From positions 5,622 through 69,621 of the forward strand of contig WRLE01000017.1 of NCBI GenBank assembly GCA_009777775.1: a DNA stretch of 64,000 bases, given 5' to 3'. Shown here in pieces: positions 49,490 to 57,864 of the stretch. The notes beneath the pieces were generated by a model that was not told the origin of the DNA, ran no database searches, and saw only the letters and a list, made by a program, of their open reading frames with translations. The DNA comes from Oscillospiraceae bacterium. Its GTDB lineage: Bacteria > Bacillota > Clostridia > Oscillospirales > Oscillospiraceae. Every line of letters starts with the position of its first letter. Position 1 is the first letter of the stretch. A program made the translations under genes and the position numbers.

Positions 49490-50359
49490 ATGCGGTTAGT
49501 TTCTCAACTAGTAAAATTGATACGCCCTAAGCAATGGATTAAGAACAGCTATGTTTTTGCTGCACTAGTGTTTTCGGGCAGTTTATTCAATCTCTCCATG
49601 TTTATGATGTGTTGTTTTGGGTTTACAATATTTTGTATTTCATCAAGTTGTGTATACATCGTTAATGATGCAATAGATGCTAGCAGCGACCGTGCACATC
49701 CACAGAAAATGAATCGTCCTTTAGCAAGTGGTGCTGTTAGTATTACTCAAGCAATGCTGCTATTATTGACATTGTTAATATTATTATTACTCAGCTTTGT
49801 ATATGTTAACATACATTTCAGAGTAGTTATATCTATCTACTTACTAATAAATTTACTATATTCTTTTTGGCTAAAAAATGAACCTATAATCGACATCATA
49901 TGCATTTCATTAGGCTTTGTTTTGCGTGCAATTTCTGGAGCTGTTATTATTAACGTAACAATATCACCATGGTTACTAATTTGTACATTTTTATTATCAT
50001 TATATTTAGCGATTAACAAAAGAACTTGCGAAATAAAAAATATTGCGATAGAAGCAGCATATAAACGGAAGGTATTAGAATTTTATACAATCGACATGCT
50101 CAGTAGTATGTCATCGGTTGTTTTATCTGCGACTATTACAGCATATTGTATTTATATAATAACTACAGAATTAATGGCTAATATGCTAATTACAATACCT
50201 TTTGTTGTCTATGGGTTATTTCGATATCAACATATAGCTAATTCAACTGAATATGCTGAGTCACCAGAGACAGCTATCCTAAAAGATAAACCTTTACTAA
50301 TATGTGTACTAATCTGGGGATTAGCATGTGTTTCATTCATGTATATTAATTTTACATAG
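49490..50359 (+). CDS. UbiA-superfamily polyprenyl-phosphate phosphoribosyltransferase (DPPR-synthase-like)
   Basis: LIRPKQWIKNSYVFAALVF, the Asp-rich motif YIVNDAIDASSDRAHPQKMNRPLASG, and eight to nine TM segments. The pattern resembles the Rv3806c subfamily. Confidence 0.75.
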   Translation: MRLVSQLVKLIRPKQWIKNSYVFAALVFSGSLFNLSMFMMCCFGFTIFCISSSCVYIVNDAIDASSDRAHPQKMNRPLASGAVSITQAMLLLLTLLILLLLSFVYVNIHFRVVISIYLLINLLYSFWLKNEPIIDIICISLGFVLRAISGAVIINVTISPWLLICTFLLSLYLAINKRTCEIKNIAIEAAYKRKVLEFYTIDMLSSMSSVVLSATITAYCIYIITTELMANMLITIPFVVYGLFRYQHIANSTEYAESPETAILKDKPLLICVLIWGLACVSFMYINFT

Positions 50360-50406
50360 TTTGAATAGATAAAAGCAGAGCATTGGTATTAGGAGAAGCG
50401 ATATAT

Positions 50407-51453
50407 ATGGCTAAGTATTTTATAACTGGCGGTGCGGGTTTTTTAGGAATTAACCTAACTCGGCATCTTCTACAATTAGGTCACACTATTGTCTCTTATG
50501 ATTTTGATGAATCATATAATTATCCCGAAAAAGAAGATATTAGAGTAAAAGTAATAACTGGTGATATAAGAAACATTGGTTTACTCAAAGAATCTATGTT
50601 GACTTGCGATATTGTTGTACATTGTGCTGCTGCATTACCTTTATATAGTAAAAATGATATATTTACTACAGATATCAATGGCACAAAAAATGTCTTGCAA
50701 TCTGCTCTTGAAATTGGGATTGAGAGAGTTATTCAAATATCATCAACTGCTGTATATGGGATACCCGATCACCATCCAATATATGAAACTGATCAATTAA
50801 CAGGTGTTGGACCTTATGGTATAGCTAAAATTGAAGCTGAAAGAGTTTGTGAAGAGTATCGCACAAATGGATTGTGTGTACCAATAATTCGTCCAAAAAG
50901 TTTTATCGGGCCAGAACGATTGGGGGTGTTCGCTCTATTTTACGATTGGGCGAAAGATGGTAGAGGATTTCCAATGATTGGTAAAGGTAATAACCGATAT
51001 CAATTCCTCGATGTTTATGATTTATGTGAGGCAATTTATCTATGTGCTACTCTTGAAAAAAGCATCGTTAACGATACGTTTAACATAGGAGCGGAAGAAT
51101 TTACTACGATGCGCGAAGACTATCAAGCGGTGCTTGATTATGCTGGATACGGGAAAAAAATTAGGACTTTTCCTGCTGCTCCAATGATATGGACTTTGCG
51201 TTTTTTAGAGCTGCTCCATTTGTCTCCATTATACAAATGGGTTTATGAAACTGCTGCAACAGATTCGTTTGTATCAATAGACAAAGCCAAAGAAAAACTA
51301 GGGTTTGAGCCTATATACTCAAATAAAGAAGCTCTACTACGAAATTATGACTGGTATATTAATAATTTGGAGACAATTAGTAACGTATCAGGAGTTACTC
51401 ATCGTGTTCCATGGAAGCAAGGAATCCTTGGGTTGGTAAAGAAATTCTTTTAA
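50407..51453 (+). CDS. NAD-dependent epimerase/dehydratase (extended SDR)
   Basis: FITGGAGFLGINL (GxxGxxG), catalytic YGIAK (YxxxK). The start was set at ATG 50407. Confidence 0.85.
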   Translation: MAKYFITGGAGFLGINLTRHLLQLGHTIVSYDFDESYNYPEKEDIRVKVITGDIRNIGLLKESMLTCDIVVHCAAALPLYSKNDIFTTDINGTKNVLQSALEIGIERVIQISSTAVYGIPDHHPIYETDQLTGVGPYGIAKIEAERVCEEYRTNGLCVPIIRPKSFIGPERLGVFALFYDWAKDGRGFPMIGKGNNRYQFLDVYDLCEAIYLCATLEKSIVNDTFNIGAEEFTTMREDYQAVLDYAGYGKKIRTFPAAPMIWTLRFLELLHLSPLYKWVYETAATDSFVSIDKAKEKLGFEPIYSNKEALLRNYDWYINNLETISNVSGVTHRVPWKQGILGLVKKFF

Positions 51454-51526
51454 CAGACAATATTATATTATGCATATAATATAGAGTCATACCTTAGTAG
51501 CTAACTACACTTCAGAGATGTGATTT

Positions 51527-52087
51527 ATGAATGTCTACGATTTTGATGGAACAATATATGATGGAGACAGCACAAAAGACTTCTTTATCTTTTGCGTGAG
51601 AAGGTACCCCAAAATTTGTATTATACTTCCGAAATTTTTTTACTATTTTATTCAGTACATAATCGGTAATTGCGATAAAGAAAGATTAAAAGAATCATTT
51701 TTTGGATTTTTGCGATTGTTACCAAATACGCAAGACGAAGTGATGCTATTTTGGGAAAAACACGAAATAAAGATTCAAAAATGGTATCTTTCGCAGAAAC
51801 GGAGTAACGATGTTATTATTTCTGCTTCACCTGGATTTTTACTACAACCAATCTGCGAAAAATTAGGTATTTCTTGCATTGCATCAGTAGTAAACCCTGA
51901 TAATGGGTTATATACTGGTTTAAACTGTTATGGTAATGAAAAAGTGAGACGTTTTCGAGAAATATATATTGATGCATCAATTAATTGTTTTTATACGGAT
52001 TCATTATCTGATATACCAATGGTTGAGATAGCACAATCTGCTTATATTGTGAAAAATGGTAATGTAACAAAATATGACATATTTTGA
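51527..52087 (+). CDS. HAD-superfamily hydrolase/phosphatase
   Basis: Motif I VYDFDGTIYDGDS (DxDxT), motif II ISASP, motif IV-like YTDSLSD. Confidence 0.7.
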   Translation: MNVYDFDGTIYDGDSTKDFFIFCVRRYPKICIILPKFFYYFIQYIIGNCDKERLKESFFGFLRLLPNTQDEVMLFWEKHEIKIQKWYLSQKRSNDVIISASPGFLLQPICEKLGISCIASVVNPDNGLYTGLNCYGNEKVRRFREIYIDASINCFYTDSLSDIPMVEIAQSAYIVKNGNVTKYDIF

Positions 52088-52233
52088 TAATAATTCAATA
52101 TAAAAACCATATAACGATTAGTTAATAAAAATTCGAAATACCAGATTGTATTAAATCATTGATATGCTAACAAAATGGTATTGTTTTAATATATAAATAT
52201 GCATTATAAAATTGTTTCATCAAAGGGAGTTTT

Positions 52234-53250
52234 ATGAATATATTTTCAAAAATTATAAATAGACTAACTAATAATAAACGCTTCTCAATTCTGGAAAATG
52301 ACCGCACAGAACTATTTAGCAGAATCGATGAAATGATGATTCGAATTGATAATATTGAAAACAAAGCTAATACATCATTAAATTCAAATATTACAAAATA
52401 CAATGATTCATACTTGGAATTTGAGTATTTAAATGAACTACTTAGAGTAGCAAAAATGTTGTATGAAACAAGAGAAGACCCCAATACTATATATGCATCA
52501 CCTCCGGAGTATACAAAAGATACTGGGCTGTTGCTTGACGAAAATGTATTTCGTAATTTTAGTCATGCACATGGTTTTTCATTAATATCTTTTTCACAAC
52601 GTAGTCAAGATAAAATTGTTGAAGCATTACTCTTCGAGGCTGGCATTACAAAACCTAGCTACCTCGATATTGGTGCTAATACTCCAGTAGAAATGTCAAA
52701 TACAGCTTTGTTTTACCGAAAGGGGTGTAGTGGTGTTGTTGTAGATGCTAATGAGTCTCTTCGGCAAAGATGGACTGAGTTGCGACCTAACGATATATTT
52801 GTTAATGCTGCTGTTTCAACAATTAGTGGTGAAAAGATACCGTTTTACATGCTGGACATGTACTCACCGCGTAACTCTGTTGATTTTGAAACTATAAATG
52901 CTTTTATAGAAGAATCAAAGAAAACTGAAAATCCTTGGGAAATTATGAAAACAATTGAAGTAACAACCATTACAATAAATGAAATCGTCGATATATATTG
53001 TAATGGGATATTTCCTGACTATTTATCTATAGACATAGAAGGAATGGATTTACATGTTCTTCAAAATGCTGATTTCACCTTATCGGCTCCAAAAGTAATA
53101 AGTATTGAAGACCAATCAACCGAATTGTATCATACACTAAAAGAAAAAGGTTTTTTTCCAATAGTATCTGTTGGAGATACAATCGCTGTTCACAGTAGTT
53201 TAGCACCGATAGTGCGTCCATGGATAGATATCGAAGAATCTAAACTATGA
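52234..53250 (+). CDS. FkbM-family methyltransferase with a 45-aa N-terminal helical module
   Basis: YLDIGANTPVEMSNTALFYRKGCSGVVVDANE (SAM motif I) and LSIDIEGMDLHVL. The N-terminus is homologous to that of the 53313 gene. Confidence 0.75.
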   Translation: MNIFSKIINRLTNNKRFSILENDRTELFSRIDEMMIRIDNIENKANTSLNSNITKYNDSYLEFEYLNELLRVAKMLYETREDPNTIYASPPEYTKDTGLLLDENVFRNFSHAHGFSLISFSQRSQDKIVEALLFEAGITKPSYLDIGANTPVEMSNTALFYRKGCSGVVVDANESLRQRWTELRPNDIFVNAAVSTISGEKIPFYMLDMYSPRNSVDFETINAFIEESKKTENPWEIMKTIEVTTITINEIVDIYCNGIFPDYLSIDIEGMDLHVLQNADFTLSAPKVISIEDQSTELYHTLKEKGFFPIVSVGDTIAVHSSLAPIVRPWIDIEESKL

Positions 53251-53312
53251 TGCTTACATAGATGATGTAATGGACAAGTTCTATTTAGAGCATCTCATCA
53301 AAGGAGTATTAT

Positions 53313-54590
53313 ATGAATATACTTAAAAAAATTAAAAATAGATTGATAGATAACCAACGCTTTACAATACTTGAAAAAGATCGATCAGAGTTATTCAATC
53401 GAATTGATGAAATCTGGACTCGTCTAGAAGATATAGATAAAAAAACAATTAATAATTCATCATCATTTAATATAGGGAATTCTAGCGCAACGAATGAACC
53501 TAATAACCCTCTCAATCAAAATAAATTGAACATTGCGTTTTTAATACGTGGTGGTTTAGGTGATATTGTAATGCTGGCAAACTATATCTATATGTTTCGT
53601 AAAAAATTCTCTGATGACATAATAAATATTGATATTTTTTCTGATGATCACAGATTCGAATCAACACGAACCGTTTTTAATGGTGTTCAATCTAGCTTTA
53701 TTAATAATCTTTATGCTAGAAACAAAGATGCAGCTAAATTGAATTATTATGATTTATTTATCGATATAGCACGATATCCTGATATAAAGAAGCGCGATTT
53801 ATCAAGAATATCAGAAATGGTTCCTGAGTTAATTGAATATATATTTTTATGTGAACGTTTTCGTGCAGAATACTCACGTTTTTTTACTCACCAAGGACCT
53901 ACAGATGGTCAATCCGCAATGGTCAGCATCATTAAAGGAGCTAAACGATACCAACAAGCTGATATTTATGGATTCCTTGGTATGTCCGAAAAATATGAAC
54001 ATAGTATTCATATTGCAGAAAATGAGAATGCTTACTTACAACAGCTTGGTTTATATAATCGAAACTTCATTACAATTAATCGAGGAAACGATAGTGCGTA
54101 TGCTAAAAACAGTACCAAAATCTGGCCTCTCTCATATTACGGTATTTTAATACGTTTATTAAAAAAGAGATTTCCCAACATTATCTTGGTACAAATTGGT
54201 GCAGACAGCACAGTATTTCCAATTTTACCAGGTGCTGATATGCATCTTGTTTCTCAGACTAGTCTCGAACAAGTAAAGGTATTGCTAAAACATGCAACTT
54301 TACATATTGATGGCGAAGGCGGTTTAGTACATATGAGACATGCTTTGAATGGCGGTAAATCAATCGTACTATTTGGTCCAACATCTGCTGAGTTTTTTGG
54401 TTATTCTGAGAATGAAAATATTGTTGGAAAAGGGTGCGATGTCTGGTGCGAATGGGCATTTAGTAATTGGCAAGATCGTTGTTTACGAGGAAAATCCTCT
54501 GCTTTTTCGCATTGTATGGCATCAATTATTCCTGAAAAAGTTTTAATGCATATAGAAAATGTGTTAACAAATAATCAGGAGGAGCAATAA
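53313..54590 (+). CDS. GT9-like glycosyltransferase, paralog 2, with the same N-terminal helical module
   Basis: LNIAFLIRGGLGDIVM, KIWPLSYYGILIRLL, HIDGEGGLVHMRHALNGGKSIVLFGPT, and the Cys motif CDVWC...WQDRC...C. Confidence 0.65.
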   Translation: MNILKKIKNRLIDNQRFTILEKDRSELFNRIDEIWTRLEDIDKKTINNSSSFNIGNSSATNEPNNPLNQNKLNIAFLIRGGLGDIVMLANYIYMFRKKFSDDIINIDIFSDDHRFESTRTVFNGVQSSFINNLYARNKDAAKLNYYDLFIDIARYPDIKKRDLSRISEMVPELIEYIFLCERFRAEYSRFFTHQGPTDGQSAMVSIIKGAKRYQQADIYGFLGMSEKYEHSIHIAENENAYLQQLGLYNRNFITINRGNDSAYAKNSTKIWPLSYYGILIRLLKKRFPNIILVQIGADSTVFPILPGADMHLVSQTSLEQVKVLLKHATLHIDGEGGLVHMRHALNGGKSIVLFGPTSAEFFGYSENENIVGKGCDVWCEWAFSNWQDRCLRGKSSAFSHCMASIIPEKVLMHIENVLTNNQEEQ

Positions 54591-54593
54591 TAT

Positions 54594-56156
54594 ATGAGTA
54601 ATAGTAAAATAACTGTAGCATTTAGATTAAATGGTGGTATAGGTACTTATTTAGTCGAATTAAACTTCATCAAGTTCTTTTATGATGCTTTTCCTGATGT
54701 AATTATTTCGGTATTTGGTTCTACTTCAGAAGCAGTTAATGCTGGACTTATGAACTCCCAATACTTTATCGCAAAATATCATGTTCGTAGTATGTTTCGC
54801 GAGTATGGCTATGATTTAATAATTGACTTAAACTGGTTTCCAAAAGTTATATATGTAAATATGCCAAAAATTCAAACTCAAGTACCCGGACTTCCTGAAA
54901 TAATAAAACAATGGGTAGCTTTTGAGACTGATCCTGCAACAAACAATTTTATTCGAAATGACTCGATTTTTGATTATAACATATATACATATGCTATAGC
55001 AAACAAAAAAAACAGGCTAAATGTAATGGATATTAATGAAGCTTTAGGTATAGAAAGTCAATTTCGCTATACCTTGTATCCACTCAGAGACGAACTTGAT
55101 GTACTTAATAAATTTGGCTTAAGTGAGCTTAATTACATAACTTTACAACAAGGAGTTAATGCTGACTCAAATTCAAAACAATCTCCTAAACAATGGCCAA
55201 TTCATAATTTCAATGTACTTTGTCGTTTACTTAAACATGAATATCCCGATATTATTTTAGTGCAACTCGGAGAGTTAGCTAATAACGAACCAATCGAAGG
55301 TGTTGATATGAATTATTTAGGAGACACAGACTTTGAGGAACTTAAAATACTTTTGAAAAACGCATTTTTACATATAGACGGTGAGTGCGGTATGATGCAT
55401 ATGCGTAAAGCTATGTTAGCTGGTCCTTCGGTAGTATTGTATGGTCAAACTCCTATAGAAATTTATAGCTATGATGATAATTTGAATATCTATACTAATG
55501 TTTGCATGGGATGTAGTAAGTTATTTAGCGGATGGAAAAGACGTTGTCTTTTGAAAGAGCCAATTTGTATGACTTCAATAACACCCGAAATGGTACTTAA
55601 TGTTATTAGAAATCATATTGAAAATGAAACTAAATACAAAACAATCAAACTCACAAAACTTCAGGAGCTTTTATCCGATTCAACTATTAAGCTTGATCCC
55701 GAATGGGTTGAATTGTGGTTAAAGGAACGAATTATTTACGATTATTGGGTAGAAAAAATAAAGCTAAAGGATTTATTAGCTACAAACTTGACAGAGAATG
55801 GTTATGTACCTATTCCGCTTGAAGAAACAGCAGCATTCAAATACATAAGTGGAAATCATCAACAATACATTGAATACATAAAATTGAACGATATTTATAA
55901 TCCTGGCCACGAGCGTACATTGGAAAAAATTGATAATTTAATTGAGCAACTGAACACACACGGATATAACCAAAATCAATTTATAGTAATTGATGGAAAC
56001 AATATTATATTTGATGGCTCGCATCGCGCAAGTTGGTTGATGTATATGTATGGCGGTGATTATGAAGTAGAAACGATTAAGATATATCTTGATGAGAATA
56101 CTGGCTCTGTTCTATACTCACAATTAATTGAAGAAATTTCAGAATTGAACGAGTAA
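54594..56156 (+). CDS. GT9-like glycosyltransferase, paralog 3, fused to a C-terminal ParB/Srx-like domain
   Basis: ITVAFRLNGGIGTYLV, KQWPIHNFNVLCRLL, HIDGECGMMHMRKAMLAGPSVVLYGQT, and the Cys motif CMGC...WKRRC...C. The C-terminal 140 aa ends in IEQLNTHGYNQNQFIVIDGNNIIFDGSHRASWL (the DGxHR motif of the ParB/sulfiredoxin fold). Confidence 0.6.
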   Translation: MSNSKITVAFRLNGGIGTYLVELNFIKFFYDAFPDVIISVFGSTSEAVNAGLMNSQYFIAKYHVRSMFREYGYDLIIDLNWFPKVIYVNMPKIQTQVPGLPEIIKQWVAFETDPATNNFIRNDSIFDYNIYTYAIANKKNRLNVMDINEALGIESQFRYTLYPLRDELDVLNKFGLSELNYITLQQGVNADSNSKQSPKQWPIHNFNVLCRLLKHEYPDIILVQLGELANNEPIEGVDMNYLGDTDFEELKILLKNAFLHIDGECGMMHMRKAMLAGPSVVLYGQTPIEIYSYDDNLNIYTNVCMGCSKLFSGWKRRCLLKEPICMTSITPEMVLNVIRNHIENETKYKTIKLTKLQELLSDSTIKLDPEWVELWLKERIIYDYWVEKIKLKDLLATNLTENGYVPIPLEETAAFKYISGNHQQYIEYIKLNDIYNPGHERTLEKIDNLIEQLNTHGYNQNQFIVIDGNNIIFDGSHRASWLMYMYGGDYEVETIKIYLDENTGSVLYSQLIEEISELNE

Positions 56157-56261
56157 TAGGTTTTATAAACATTAATATAGTAAGCTTTATCATCAGGCAT
56201 TAACAAAAATCTCATTTGTTAATCGTTTTTGAAATATATTTATAAACCAAGGAGGTGTATG

Positions 56262-57302
56262 ATGGAACAATTATGGAAAAATATACATAACCTATATTCA
56301 AAAAATAAAAGTATTGTTATTCCAACAAACAATGAGGAGTCAATGATTGCTATTGAGTCATTGACAGACTACCATAAGTCACGCGGGCTTGACTATATTG
56401 CTTCTCGTCTTGATTTTTTATTGATAGCTCAAGCAATTACTCTTTACTATTCGAAACATGATCGTTATCAAACTCTTGATTCTGAAGCAAAGTACATAGT
56501 TGATTATCTTGATACTGATGAGTTTTACCATCATATAATGCGGTATAGAGTTTATCCATTAGATTCACAGATGATCTCGTTTACAAAACAATTTTATAAT
56601 AATATATATCCTCATACTGGATACCCTCAAATTGACAATATCGAAGAATCATTAAGTATTGATAATGGGTTCATTTACGCGAATCCTAATAATCATAAAG
56701 TTTATCTCAAAGGCAATTTCGATGAAGCTCGTGTTTATTGGAGAGCACTAATGACTGAACAAATACCAAACCATCCTCATTGTTATCTAAATGAATCAAA
56801 CTTCAACATAAATAATGGAGAAATAATTGCAGACATAGGCGCAGCAGAAGGTTACTTTAGCATAGCTCATATAAATAAAATAAAACATGCATACATATTT
56901 GAATGCGATGATTCCTGGTTTAATTTACTAAAAAAGACATATGCTCCATTTAAAGATAAAGTAACTCTAATAAAAGGTTATGTTGGAGATGGAAACGGAA
57001 ACATCTCTCTTGATGAATATTTTAAAGATAAAGATAAACCTACATTTTACAAACTTGATGTTGAAGGAGCTGAAGGTTCTGTGTTGCGATGCATGAGTAC
57101 GCTTTTGCATGATCCCTCATTACCAATGCGATTAGCAATATGCACATACCATCGCCAAGAAGATGCTCCATACTTTGAATGGTTACTAGGTGACACTTTT
57201 CATAAACATTACTCAAATTCATATTTTTGGCATATGCCTGACCCTATGCCTCCATTTCTGCGCCGAGGTGTAATGCGTGCAACAAAAATGCTAAATAAAT
57301 AA
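56262..57302 (+). CDS. FkbM-family methyltransferase
   Basis: GGAGG RBS before ATG 56262. IADIGAAEGYFS (SAM motif I) and YKLDVEGAEGSVL. Confidence 0.75.
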   Translation: MEQLWKNIHNLYSKNKSIVIPTNNEESMIAIESLTDYHKSRGLDYIASRLDFLLIAQAITLYYSKHDRYQTLDSEAKYIVDYLDTDEFYHHIMRYRVYPLDSQMISFTKQFYNNIYPHTGYPQIDNIEESLSIDNGFIYANPNNHKVYLKGNFDEARVYWRALMTEQIPNHPHCYLNESNFNINNGEIIADIGAAEGYFSIAHINKIKHAYIFECDDSWFNLLKKTYAPFKDKVTLIKGYVGDGNGNISLDEYFKDKDKPTFYKLDVEGAEGSVLRCMSTLLHDPSLPMRLAICTYHRQEDAPYFEWLLGDTFHKHYSNSYFWHMPDPMPPFLRRGVMRATKMLNK

Positions 57303-57322
57303 AACTAAAAGGTAAATAACTG

Positions 57323-57796
57323 ATGAATAATCGAGCGATTTTTTTAGATAGAGATGATACCATAATCGTAGATCGTGGATATTTAAGCAATCCTAATGAT
57401 ATTGAATTTTTACCCGGTGTTGTTTCTGCTCTTAAAACATTTCAAGACACAGGTTATTTGTTGATTATGGTGAGTAACCAATCAGGTATTGGAAGAGGAT
57501 ATTTTACTATAGATGAATATAACGCTGTTCATGCTCGTTTCATGGAGTTACTTAAAGATAATGATATTAGTTTCACCGCATATTATTATTGTCCTCATGC
57601 TCCGGATGATAACTGCGAATGTAGAAAACCAAAAGCATTTTGGGCATACAAAGCCGCTGAAGAATATAACATTGATTTGAACGAGAGTTACATGATTGGT
57701 GATAAAGATAGCGATATAGAATTTGGCAATAATTTTGGTGCAAAACAATCTTTTAAAAGCGTTACTGAGTGTGTTCAATATTTTGAAAGAGCATAA
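57323..57796 (+). CDS. gmhB: D-glycero-D-manno-heptose 1,7-bisphosphate phosphatase (HAD-IIIA)
   Basis: AIFLDRDDTII (DxDxT), VSNQSGIGRGYF, the Zn-binding loop YYCPHAPDDNCECRKPK, and IGDKDSDIE. Confidence 0.85.
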   Translation: MNNRAIFLDRDDTIIVDRGYLSNPNDIEFLPGVVSALKTFQDTGYLLIMVSNQSGIGRGYFTIDEYNAVHARFMELLKDNDISFTAYYYCPHAPDDNCECRKPKAFWAYKAAEEYNIDLNESYMIGDKDSDIEFGNNFGAKQSFKSVTECVQYFERA

Positions 57797-57864
57797 TAAG
57801 GATAATAATATTTCGAAATATTATTTGATCAAATATTTAATAAACCGGTTAAAAGGAGACTTAC

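Noticed and set aside
50407-51453. Calling the SDR gene hldD (ADP-heptose 6-epimerase)
   Set aside because: It has generic extended-SDR motifs only. It is longer than typical HldD and is embedded between the UbiA-type and HAD genes rather than with gmhA/hldE. The assignment was therefore left open.
52167-53515. Minus-strand ORFs 52167-52484 and 53309-53515
   Set aside because: They are antisense to the conserved N-terminal modules of the FkbM and GT9-like genes. Their mutual similarity is just the mirror of the sense-strand homology.
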